Shown here: positions 50,424 through 59,680 of the stretch, one piece after another
How positions within the stretch are numbered: position 1 is the stretch's first letter
How the letters are laid out: every line of letters begins with the position of its first letter
Source: Caldisericia bacterium
GTDB lineage: Bacteria; Caldisericota; Caldisericia; B22-G15
Length of the DNA: 64,000 nucleotides
Assembly: GCA_030018355.1 (NCBI GenBank)
Contig: JASEFN010000002.1
Location: 46,699-110,698 of the forward strand
Direction: 5' to 3'
Translations under genes and position numbers: made by a program
Notes under the pieces: model-generated
Told to the model about the DNA's origin: nothing
Databases searched by the model: none
The model's input: the letters and a program-made list of their open reading frames with translations, nothing else

Positions 50424-51636
50424 ATTAAAAAAGTCTTTGGAAGAGAAAATAAAAGAGATTGATGAAAAGGGAATAGTTAAAAGGAAAGAGAGTATAATTC
50501 AAGATATTAAAAAGTGTGATGGGGTTAAAGGAAATAGATATATTTTAAAAGGAGAAGAGGATAAAGAATATATCAGAATGAACTCAAATTCATATCTTGC
50601 ACTTCATCTAAATGAAAGAGTTAAACAAAAGGAAGAGGAAGCAATTAAAAAATTTGGTGTTGGGCCAGGAGCAGTAAGATTTATAAGTGGAACATATGAA
50701 CCTCATAAAGTACTTGAAGAAAAAGTTGCAAGATTTCATTCAAGGGAAGACGCGATAATTTTTAGTTCTGCATATGGTTGTGTTGTTGGAACTCTATTTT
50801 CTCTTATAGATGAAGAGACTTATGTTATAAGTGATGAGTTGAATCATAATTGTATAATAAATGGAATAAGATTATCTAAGCCAAAAGATAAAGATATTTA
50901 TAAACATTTAGATTATAAAGAGTGCGAAGAAAAAATAAAAGAGAAAATTGGAAAAGCAAAAAAAGTTTTAATAATTACTGACGGAGTTTTTAGTATGAGA
51001 GGAGACTACGCTCCACTTGATAAACTACAAGAAATAGCAAATAAATATGATAAAGATTTTGATGAAGGCGTAATTCTTATTGTAGATGATTCTCATGGAG
51101 TTGGAATTTTTGGAGAGAGTGGCAGAGGAACTGAGGAGGTGCTTAATACAAAAGTTGATATATTAATTGGAACTTTTGGAAAAGCATTTGGAGTAAATGG
51201 TGGATATCTTGTATCAGATAAAATTATTGTTGACTATTTAAGAGAAAAAGCACCTTTTTATATTTATACAAATCCAATAACTCCAGGAGAAGCAAATGCA
51301 ATAATTGAATCAATAAATATAATTGATAGCGAAGAAGGAAAAGGAATGATAAGATATGTTAGAGAACTTGCAAAAAAATTTAGAGATGGAATAGTTTCTC
51401 TTGGACTTGAAACAACTATAAGTGAACATCCTATTGTTCCTCTTATAATAAGAGACACAGAAAAAACGAAAAATCTTGTTAAATATTTAAGGGAAAACGG
51501 AGTTTTATCTACTGGTTTAAACTATCCAATAGTTCCAAAAGGAGAAGAATTAATTAGATTTCAAGTAACTTATGAGCATACAGAATATGATATAAATTAT
51601 GTTTTAGGAGTTATAAAAAACTTCTTCCAAAAATAA
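50404..51636 (+). CDS. kbl: 2-amino-3-ketobutyrate CoA ligase (glycine C-acetyltransferase)
   Basis: Alpha-oxoamine synthase family with PLP-lysine in GTFGKAFG. 410 aa. Confidence 0.8.
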   Translation: MIMPLNKLKKSLEEKIKEIDEKGIVKRKESIIQDIKKCDGVKGNRYILKGEEDKEYIRMNSNSYLALHLNERVKQKEEEAIKKFGVGPGAVRFISGTYEPHKVLEEKVARFHSREDAIIFSSAYGCVVGTLFSLIDEETYVISDELNHNCIINGIRLSKPKDKDIYKHLDYKECEEKIKEKIGKAKKVLIITDGVFSMRGDYAPLDKLQEIANKYDKDFDEGVILIVDDSHGVGIFGESGRGTEEVLNTKVDILIGTFGKAFGVNGGYLVSDKIIVDYLREKAPFYIYTNPITPGEANAIIESINIIDSEEGKGMIRYVRELAKKFRDGIVSLGLETTISEHPIVPLIIRDTEKTKNLVKYLRENGVLSTGLNYPIVPKGEELIRFQVTYEHTEYDINYVLGVIKNFFQK

Positions 51637-51647
51637 AAATTATTTTT

Positions 51648-52379
51648 ATGATTTTAATTTACATTTTAATTTCAACTATAATTGTTAGTTTAATCTCTTT
51701 AATTGGTATATTTTTTATAAATAAAAAAATTGAATATTTGGAAAAAACAAGTTTTTATCTTGTAAGTTTTTCAACTGGTGCCTTACTTACTGGTGCAATT
51801 CTTCATCTTATTCCTGAATCTCTTAATGAAAACACAAATTCTATTTACTCAATTGTTTTTGGAATTTTTCTATTTTTCATCCTTGAAACATTTTTAAAAT
51901 GGAGACATTGCCATGAATTTGGTTGTGAAGAACACACTTTTATACCAATCAATTTACTTGGTGATTCTCTTCATAATTTTATCGATGGAGTTATAATTTC
52001 TTCAAGTTATCTTGTTAATTTTAAACTTGGAATAATTTCGACTCTTAACATTATTTTTCACGAAGTGCCTCAAGAGTTAGGAGATTATGGAGTTTTAATT
52101 TTTGGTGGACTTACGCCAAAAAGGGCTCTTAAACTAAACTTTATTGTTGCTTTGACATCAATTTTAGGAGGAGTTTTTGGATTTTATTTGTTAGAAAAAT
52201 TTGAGGATTTAATTCCATATGTTATAGGTTTAACTGCTGGAAATTTTTTATATCTTTCACTTACAGATTTAATTCCTGAACTTCATAAAAAGGTTTCTAT
52301 AAAAAATAATATTGAAAAAACTGTATTTATTTTAATTGGTATATTAATTATGATTTTATTTAAAATTTTCTTTGAATAG
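51648..52379 (+). CDS. zupT: ZIP-family zinc transporter
   Basis: HNFIDG and HEVPQELGD metal-binding motifs in a multi-TM protein. Confidence 0.75.
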   Translation: MILIYILISTIIVSLISLIGIFFINKKIEYLEKTSFYLVSFSTGALLTGAILHLIPESLNENTNSIYSIVFGIFLFFILETFLKWRHCHEFGCEEHTFIPINLLGDSLHNFIDGVIISSSYLVNFKLGIISTLNIIFHEVPQELGDYGVLIFGGLTPKRALKLNFIVALTSILGGVFGFYLLEKFEDLIPYVIGLTAGNFLYLSLTDLIPELHKKVSIKNNIEKTVFILIGILIMILFKIFFE

Positions 52380-54935
52380 TTTTTTAGATTGAAGATATTT
52401 TATAAACTCAAATGTTATTGCAGGAAGGAAAGAGAAGGGGAAATATTCAAAAAAGATAGGTTTTAGAGGAGTTAAAGAAAAAACTTTATCAAAAATTGGA
52501 ACATAAATTATTAAAAGAGATAAAGCAATAGAAATAAAAACAGAATAATTTAAAAATTTATTATTAAATATATTTTTTAATTTTATAGGTTTAAATTCAG
52601 TTTTATTTGCATATGCTCTTATTAATTCAGCAATTATTAAAGTTATAAGTGCCCCTGTTTGTGCTTGTTCCAAAGTTCCACCACTTTTTAAAATATTTAT
52701 AAAAGTAAAAAGCGTAATAAGAGCCTCAACAAGAGCACTTGCTAAAATTCCAATTAAATTACCCCTATTTAAAATTTTTTCATTTGGTTTTCTTGGTGGT
52801 AAATCCATAATCCCCTCCTCTTCTGGTTCAACACCAAGAGCAAGAGCAGGAAATGCATCTGAGATTAAATTTAGATAAAGAAGATGAATTGGTTTAAAAG
52901 GAATTGGTAAATTCATAATTGTTGCAAATAGAATAATTAATACTTCACCAATATTACAACTCAATAGAAACATAACCACCTTTTTAATGTTTGAATATAT
53001 TCTTCTTCCCTCTCTTATTGCCTCAACAATTGTTGCAAAATTATCATCTGTTAAAACGATATCTGATGCCTCTTTTGAAACATCAGTTCCAGTTATTCCC
53101 ATTGCTATTCCAACATCTGCTTTTTTTAATGCTAATGCATCATTTATTCCATCGCCTGTTACAGCAACTTTTTCTCCCAGATTTTTTAACTCCTCTACAA
53201 TTTTAAGTTTTGTATGAGGTGAAACTCTTGCAAAAACATTTTTCTTATTAATAATTTCAATTAAATTTTCTTCATTATTTAATTCTTTTTCATCAATTGC
53301 CTCATTATCATCATTAATTATTTTTAATTTTTTACCAATACTAATTGCTGTAATTTTATGGTCTCCTGTAACCATCTTTACTTTAATTCCTGCTCTTTTT
53401 GAGTTCTCTATTGCTTTATAAACCTCTTCTCTTGGAGAATCTTCCATAGCAATTAAACCTAAAAATATAAGATCTTTTTCATAATCTTCCCTCTTTTCAT
53501 TTACCAATCTTTTATATGCAACACCTAAAACTCTTAATCCCTCTTTTCCCATCTTTTCATTTTCTATTAAAATATCATTAATAATTTCTTCTATTGGTTT
53601 AATTTCAATTCCATCATGATAAAATTCACATCTATTTAGTAAAATTTCAGGAGCACCTTTTGTAAAGACATATTTATTTTCTCCATCACTATTTATTGTT
53701 GACATAAGTTTTCTATCTGAATCAAACTGAATTTCATCAATTCTAATAAAGCGTTTCTCTAAATCTTCTTTTACAAAACCATTTTTAACTGCATGCTTTA
53801 AGAGAGCAACTTCTGTTGGATCACCAAAATCTCTTTCTCCCTCTTGAATTTTTGCATCATTACATAAAACAATTGCAAGATAAAAAAAATCTTTTGGACC
53901 TAAAATAACTTCTTTTACTACATTTAATTCATTTTTTGTAAGAGTTCCAGTTTTATCTGAAAGGATTGTTGTAACAGAACCAAGTGTTTCAACAGAAGAA
54001 AGATTTCTTACAATTGCTTTTTTTATTGCCATTGCTTTTACTCCAAGAGCAAGAACAATAGTTACTACTGCAGGAAGACCTTCTGGAACTGCAGCAACTG
54101 CAAGAGCGACTGCTGTCATAAATGAAGTTATAAATGGAAGTCCCCTTATAACTGATAAAACAAAAATTCCAAGACAAGCCAATAGAAATAGTTGTCCTAA
54201 ACTTTTTCCAAGTTGATCAAGTTTTATTTCAAGAGGAGTTTTTTCTTCTTCAATCTCTTCAAGAATTTTTCCAATTTTTCCAATTTCAGTGTTAACCCCT
54301 GTTGCAAAAACCACACCCTTTCCTCTTCCATATACAACTGTTGACCCAGAAAATACAATATTTTTTCTATCATGTATAGGTAAATCATCTTTTTCAATTT
54401 CTTCTTGAGTTTTATCAACTGGAAATGATTCACCAGTTAAAAAGGCTTCCTCAACCCTTAAATTTTTTTGTTCTATAACTCTTAAATCTGCACCAACTTT
54501 ATCTCCTGTTTCCAACACAACAATGTCTCCAGGGACAATTTCTCTTGTTTTTATTTGAATAATTTTTCCATCTCTTATAACTTTTGAAGTTGGTGAAGAA
54601 AGTTCTTTAAGTGCTTTTAAACTTTTTTCTGCATTTATCTCTTGATAAATTCCTATAAAAGCATTAATAATAACAATTGCAATTATTGCTAAACTATCAA
54701 TTAATTCACCTAAAATTAAAGAGATTATGGCAGAAAAAATTAAAATTAAAACAAGAAAATTTTTAATCTGATAATACAACCTTACAAATATTGATTTTGG
54801 TTTTTTAGGTGGTATTTCATTAAATCCATAAATCTTAAGCCTCTCCTTTGCCTCTTCTTGTGATAAACCAAACTCAAAATCTGTTTTTAAAATTGATTTA
54901 ATCTCTTCTTTTTTAAGTTTCCATATCTTTTCCAA
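52356..54935 (-). CDS. P-type II (Ca2+-type) cation-transporting ATPase
   Basis: DKTGTLT phosphorylation site, TGES, PEGLPAV, TGDGINDALALKKADVG and 10 TM segments. 859 aa. Confidence 0.85.
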   Translation of the reverse strand: MEKIWKLKKEEIKSILKTDFEFGLSQEEAKERLKIYGFNEIPPKKPKSIFVRLYYQIKNFLVLILIFSAIISLILGELIDSLAIIAIVIINAFIGIYQEINAEKSLKALKELSSPTSKVIRDGKIIQIKTREIVPGDIVVLETGDKVGADLRVIEQKNLRVEEAFLTGESFPVDKTQEEIEKDDLPIHDRKNIVFSGSTVVYGRGKGVVFATGVNTEIGKIGKILEEIEEEKTPLEIKLDQLGKSLGQLFLLACLGIFVLSVIRGLPFITSFMTAVALAVAAVPEGLPAVVTIVLALGVKAMAIKKAIVRNLSSVETLGSVTTILSDKTGTLTKNELNVVKEVILGPKDFFYLAIVLCNDAKIQEGERDFGDPTEVALLKHAVKNGFVKEDLEKRFIRIDEIQFDSDRKLMSTINSDGENKYVFTKGAPEILLNRCEFYHDGIEIKPIEEIINDILIENEKMGKEGLRVLGVAYKRLVNEKREDYEKDLIFLGLIAMEDSPREEVYKAIENSKRAGIKVKMVTGDHKITAISIGKKLKIINDDNEAIDEKELNNEENLIEIINKKNVFARVSPHTKLKIVEELKNLGEKVAVTGDGINDALALKKADVGIAMGITGTDVSKEASDIVLTDDNFATIVEAIREGRRIYSNIKKVVMFLLSCNIGEVLIILFATIMNLPIPFKPIHLLYLNLISDAFPALALGVEPEEEGIMDLPPRKPNEKILNRGNLIGILASALVEALITLFTFINILKSGGTLEQAQTGALITLIIAELIRAYANKTEFKPIKLKNIFNNKFLNYSVFISIALSLLIIYVPIFDKVFSLTPLKPIFFEYFPFSFLPAITFEFIKYLQSKKLFKENFK

Positions 54936-54969
54936 AATAACCTCCGACTTTTAATATTTTATCAAATTT

Positions 54970-56208
54970 TTGGTATTATTAAATTTGATGAATATTTTAT
55001 TAAAGATTTTAGTTTTATTTATTTTTTATATTTATGGTTCAATACCTTTTGGTCTTATTTTTGTTAAAAAGACAAAAGGGGTAGATATTAGGAAAGTTGG
55101 TAGTGGCAATATTGGTGCAACAAATGTTTTAAGAGTAGCAGGTTTTTCAGTTGCACTTTTCTCTGGTCTTTTTGATTTATCAAAAGGTCTAATACCAGTT
55201 CTTATATGTAAATATATTTTTCATTTTGAGCCAATTTTTCTATTTTTATCAGGTTTTTCTGGTGTTTTAGGACATGATTTTTCTATTTTTTTAAAATTTA
55301 AAGGTGGAAAAGGTATAGCATCTTCTCTCGGAATGATTATTGGCTTGAACCCAGTTGTTGCAATGATCGAAATTTTTATTTTTATAATAACCTTAATAGT
55401 TAAAAGAATTGTTTCAATTTCATCAATTGTTTCTCTTATTACACTTCCATTTGTTTTCCTTATTTTTAAAAATTTTGAATACTCAACTCTCTCAATTTTA
55501 TTATCAATTTTAGGAATTTTAAGACACAAAGATAATATCGAAAGAATTATTTTTGGAGTAGAGTCAAAATTTGGTGAAAAAGAGAAAATAAGAGAGACAA
55601 AAATATTTAGTGCTGATTTTGAAAATATTGATGAAATAAAAAAATTTCTTGAAAATGGTGGAATTGGAATAATTCCAACTGATACAGTTTATGGATTGTG
55701 TTGTAATGCTTTGAATAAAGATGCAATAAAAAGAGTATATAAAATTAAAAAAAGAGATCTTAGTAAACCCCTTGTTCTTTTTGTGAAAGATGAAAAAGAA
55801 ATTGAAAGATATGGAGTTGTTGATGAATCAAGTAGAAAAATAATAGAAAAGTTTATTCCAGGAGAAACAACAATTGTTTTAAAGAAAAAAGATCCAAATT
55901 TTTCAATTTCATTAAAAAAATTTGATACTTTAGGATTTAGAATCCCAAAGAGCGAATTTATTATAAATCTCTTGAAATCCCTTGATTTTCCACTTGCCAC
56001 AACAAGTGCAAATATTTCAGGTGAAAAAACACCAACAAATTTAGATGGTTTAAAAAGAATTTTTAATGGAGTTGTTGATTTTATTGTAGATGGAGGAGAG
56101 TTAGGAGGAGTTCCATCAACTGTTGTTGAAGTTGTTGATGGAAATATAAATGTTTTAAGAGAAGGAAAAATAAAAAAGGAAGAAATTATAAATATTTTAA
56201 AGGAGTGA
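54970..56208 (+). CDS. plsY: PlsY glycerol-3-phosphate acyltransferase fused in-frame to a TsaC/YrdC/Sua5-type threonylcarbamoyl-AMP synthase domain
   Basis: aa 1-200 are PlsY (GSIPFG..., [12 protein letters not shown]-terminal RHKDNIERI). aa 205-412 are the YrdC domain ([35 protein letters not shown]). There is no stop or frame change between the two. Confidence 0.75.
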   Translation: MVLLNLMNILLKILVLFIFYIYGSIPFGLIFVKKTKGVDIRKVGSGNIGATNVLRVAGFSVALFSGLFDLSKGLIPVLICKYIFHFEPIFLFLSGFSGVLGHDFSIFLKFKGGKGIASSLGMIIGLNPVVAMIEIFIFIITLIVKRIVSISSIVSLITLPFVFLIFKNFEYSTLSILLSILGILRHKDNIERIIFGVESKFGEKEKIRETKIFSADFENIDEIKKFLENGGIGIIPTDTVYGLCCNALNKDAIKRVYKIKKRDLSKPLVLFVKDEKEIERYGVVDESSRKIIEKFIPGETTIVLKKKDPNFSISLKKFDTLGFRIPKSEFIINLLKSLDFPLATTSANISGEKTPTNLDGLKRIFNGVVDFIVDGGELGGVPSTVVEVVDGNINVLREGKIKKEEIINILKE

Positions 56209-56212
56209 GTTT

Positions 56213-56659
56213 ATGAAAATAGCAATTGGATCAGATCATGCTGGTTTTGAGTTAAAAGAGGAGATAAAAAAATATCTTTGCACTGAACATGACACAATAG
56301 ATGTAGGAACAAATTCAACAGAATCAACAGATTACCCTGATTTTGCAAAAAAGGTTTGTGATCTAATTTTAAAAAAAGAGGTTGATTTAGGAATTCTTAT
56401 ATGCGGCACAGGAATAGGCATGAGTATAACAGCAAATAAATTTAAAGGTATCTATGCAGCGCTTTGTTATGATAAAAATACTGCTAGTTTATCAAGAAGA
56501 CACAATAACGCAAATGTTTTATGTATTGGAGGAAGAACCACAAAAAAAGAGGATGCAATTGAGATTGTAAAAACATTTTTAGAGGAGAGTTTTGAGGGTG
56601 AAAGACATGAGAGAAGATTAAATAAGATAAAAGATATTGAAGAAAAAAATTTTAAATAG
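56213..56659 (+). CDS. rpiB: ribose-5-phosphate isomerase B
   Basis: [17 protein letters not shown]-terminus and the catalytic-Cys region [10 protein letters not shown]. Confidence 0.85.
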   Translation: MKIAIGSDHAGFELKEEIKKYLCTEHDTIDVGTNSTESTDYPDFAKKVCDLILKKEVDLGILICGTGIGMSITANKFKGIYAALCYDKNTASLSRRHNNANVLCIGGRTTKKEDAIEIVKTFLEESFEGERHERRLNKIKDIEEKNFK

Positions 56660-56668
56660 AGGTAGTCT

Positions 56669-59260
56669 ATGATTTGTGATATATGTCATAAAAGAGAAGC
56701 AGATTATACAATAACAAGAATTGTTGATGGAGAAAAGAAAGTAATTCATATTTGTGAAGAGTGTGCAAGAGAACATGGGTATATAAAAGATGAATTTTCT
56801 TTCTTTTCTCCATTTGACTCCTTTTTTGAAGATGAGTTTTCAAAATTTTTCTCAGCACCAAGAGAAAGTGCAATAACTTATGAATTTACTGGTGAAGCAG
56901 AAGAGGTTATTTTAGAATCACAAAATATTGCAACTGAACTTGGAGAAGAGGAAATTAAAACTGAACACCTTCTTCTTGCTCTTTTAAAAAGAAGTGATTA
57001 TGTAAAAAATCTTCTTTTTGATTTAAATTTTGATCTTAAAGAAATTGAGACAGAAGTTCTTTCAACTATGAAAAAGAAAGATAGAAAACCAAAAGAGATA
57101 TCTTTATCTCCTAGGGTTAAAAGGGTTATTGATCTTGCACAAAAAGAAGCAAGTGGACTTGGAAGTGAATATATCGGACCAGAACACCTTCTTCTTGGTT
57201 TAATTGATGAAGGAGAGGGTGTTGCTGCAAAAATTTTAAAAGAAAAAGGTTTAAACAGAGATAAAATAATTTCTTATCTTGAGAAAAAAGAAAGAAAAGT
57301 AAAAGAGAAAAGACAAACCAAAACACCAACACTTGATCAATTTTCAAGAGATCTTACTCAACTTGCTCGTGAAGGTAAACTTGATCCTGTCATTGGTAGA
57401 GAAAAAGAGATAGCAAGAACTTTAAGAATATTGTCAAGAAGAACAAAAAACAATCCAGTTCTTATTGGTGAACCAGGAGTTGGAAAAACAGCAATTGTTG
57501 AGGGAATTGCTCAAAGAATAGTCCAAGGAAGAGTTCCAGATATTTTAAAGGACAAAAGAGTTGTTGCATTAGATATTCCTGCTATTGTTGCTGGCACTAA
57601 ATATAGAGGAGAATTTGAAGAGAGGTTAAAAAAGATAGTTGATGAAATAAGAGAATCACGAGGAGAGATTATTGTTTTTATTGATGAACTTCATACAGTT
57701 GTTGGAGCAGGTGGAGCAGAAGGTGCAGTTGATGCATCAAATATACTTAAACCTCCACTTGCAAGAGGAGAACTTCAATGTATTGGCGCAACAACTATAA
57801 ATGAATATAGAAAATATATTGAGAAAGATCCTGCTCTTGAAAGAAGATTTCAACCAGTTTTAGTTTCTGAACCAACCGTTGAGGAGACAATTGAAATTTT
57901 AAAAGGTTTAAGAGATAAATATGAAGCACATCATGGAGTTAAGATTACAGATGAAGCAATAGTTCAAGCAGCCATTTTAGCAGATAAATATATAACAGAT
58001 AGATTTTTACCAGATAAAGCAATTGATTTAATTGATGAGGCAGCTTCAAAGGTTAAATTTGATGTTAAAAAAGAACCTGACGAACTTAAAAAACTTGAAG
58101 ATGAATTAAAGAAAGTTATAAGAGAAAAAGAGGCTAAGATTAAAACTGAAGATTATGAAAAAGCAGCAAAACTTAAAAAACTTGAAGATGAATTAAAAAA
58201 GAAAATCGAAGATTTAAAGAAAAAGTGGGATAAAGAAAAAGGATCATCAGTTCCAGTTGTAACTCAAGAGGATATTGCTCAAGTTGTCTCAGAGTGGACT
58301 AATATTCCTGTAACAAAACTCGTTGAAGAGGAGATCAGCAAATTAAAGAGAATGGAGGAGCACTTACACAAAAGAATTATTGGACAAGATGAAGCAATAA
58401 AAGCAGTTTCAGAAGCAATAAGAAGAGCAAGAGCAGGACTTAAAGATCCAAATAAACCAATTGGTTCATTTTTGTTTTTAGGTCCTACTGGTGTAGGAAA
58501 AACAGAACTTGCAAAAACTCTTGCAGAATTTCTTTTTGGAGATGAGAATGCGATGATAAGATTAGATATGAGTGAATTTATGGAAAAACATACTGTTTCT
58601 AAATTAATTGGAGCGCCTCCTGGTTATGTTGGTTTTGAAGAAGGAGGTCAACTTACTGAGGCAGTAAGAAGAAGACCGTATTCTGTTATACTTCTTGATG
58701 AAATTGAAAAAGCACATCCTGATGTATTTAACATACTTTTACAGATCTTAGATGACGGAAGATTGACTGATTCAAAAGGAAGAACAGTTGATTTCAAAAA
58801 TACAATAATAATTATGACTTCTAATCTTGGAAGTGATATTCTTTTGAAAGTTGATCCAAATGACAAAGAGAATTTTGAGAAAGCAAAAAAAGAAGTTTTA
58901 GAACTTCTTAAATATAAGTTTAGACCAGAATTTTTAAATAGAATTGATGAAATAATTGTTTTTCATAAATTAACAAAAGATCAAATTAAAGAAATAGTTA
59001 ATCTTTTGATTGAAAGAGTTAGAAAAACACTTATGTCTCAAGGAATTGATTTAAAACTCACAGACAGAGCAACTGAAAAAATTGCTGAAATTGGATTTGA
59101 TCCAATTTTTGGTGCAAGACCATTAAGAAGAACAATTCAAAGAGAGATTGAAAATGAAATTGCAAAAAGATTGCTTGATAAAGAATTTGAAAAAGGTGAT
59201 ACAATAATAGTTGATTTTGAAAATGATAAGTTTATTTTTAAGAAGGAGGTAAAAGAGTGA
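56669..59260 (+). CDS. clpC: ClpC/ClpE-type AAA+ unfoldase with an N-terminal McsA/ClpE-like Cys4 zinc finger
   Basis: N-terminal CDICH...ICEEC, two Clp-N repeats, AAA-1 (GEPGVGKT), a short UVR-like M-domain with duplicated [10 protein letters not shown], and AAA-2 ([18 protein letters not shown]). 863 aa. Confidence 0.85.
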   Translation: MICDICHKREADYTITRIVDGEKKVIHICEECAREHGYIKDEFSFFSPFDSFFEDEFSKFFSAPRESAITYEFTGEAEEVILESQNIATELGEEEIKTEHLLLALLKRSDYVKNLLFDLNFDLKEIETEVLSTMKKKDRKPKEISLSPRVKRVIDLAQKEASGLGSEYIGPEHLLLGLIDEGEGVAAKILKEKGLNRDKIISYLEKKERKVKEKRQTKTPTLDQFSRDLTQLAREGKLDPVIGREKEIARTLRILSRRTKNNPVLIGEPGVGKTAIVEGIAQRIVQGRVPDILKDKRVVALDIPAIVAGTKYRGEFEERLKKIVDEIRESRGEIIVFIDELHTVVGAGGAEGAVDASNILKPPLARGELQCIGATTINEYRKYIEKDPALERRFQPVLVSEPTVEETIEILKGLRDKYEAHHGVKITDEAIVQAAILADKYITDRFLPDKAIDLIDEAASKVKFDVKKEPDELKKLEDELKKVIREKEAKIKTEDYEKAAKLKKLEDELKKKIEDLKKKWDKEKGSSVPVVTQEDIAQVVSEWTNIPVTKLVEEEISKLKRMEEHLHKRIIGQDEAIKAVSEAIRRARAGLKDPNKPIGSFLFLGPTGVGKTELAKTLAEFLFGDENAMIRLDMSEFMEKHTVSKLIGAPPGYVGFEEGGQLTEAVRRRPYSVILLDEIEKAHPDVFNILLQILDDGRLTDSKGRTVDFKNTIIIMTSNLGSDILLKVDPNDKENFEKAKKEVLELLKYKFRPEFLNRIDEIIVFHKLTKDQIKEIVNLLIERVRKTLMSQGIDLKLTDRATEKIAEIGFDPIFGARPLRRTIQREIENEIAKRLLDKEFEKGDTIIVDFENDKFIFKKEVKE

Positions 59261-59478
59261 GAGAACTTTTATTATTCATTCAACTCATTGTATGTTTAGT
59301 TACTATTCTTTCAATTATGTTTCAAACACCAAAAGGAGCAGGATTAGGAGCAATTTCTGGTGGTGCACACCTATTTCATCTTCAAAAAAGGAAAGACGCA
59401 ATCTTAAGTAAAATTGCACTTGTTGGCGCAATTGCTTTTGGAATTCTCTCCTTGACTTTAACAATTTTAGGGGTATAA
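59257..59478 (+). CDS. secG: preprotein translocase subunit SecG
   Basis: 73 aa with two TM segments and the typical SecG sequence ([14 protein letters not shown]). Confidence 0.75.
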   Translation: MRELLLFIQLIVCLVTILSIMFQTPKGAGLGAISGGAHLFHLQKRKDAILSKIALVGAIAFGILSLTLTILGV

Positions 59479-59492
59479 TTTTTATTTTGATG

Positions 59493-59577
59493 CCGGGATG
59501 GCGGAATTGGCAGACGCGTACGTTTGAGGTGCGTATGGGGAGACCCGTCCGGGTTCAAGTCCCGGTCCCGGCACCAA
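59493..59577 (+). tRNA. tRNA-Leu (anticodon GAG), long variable arm
   Basis: Acceptor GCCGGGA/TCCCGGC, anticodon stem TACGT/GCGTA with loop TTGAGGT, a 13-nt variable arm, T-arm CCGGGTTCAAGTCCCGG, and encoded CCA. Confidence 0.8.
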
Positions 59578-59680
59578 AATCATAAATTTTCTAATATAAA
59601 TTTTTTCCAATTTTTCAACATATCTAAATAAATTTTCTTTATTATTTGTATAAAATTTTAATTTTGTTATAATTAGATTA

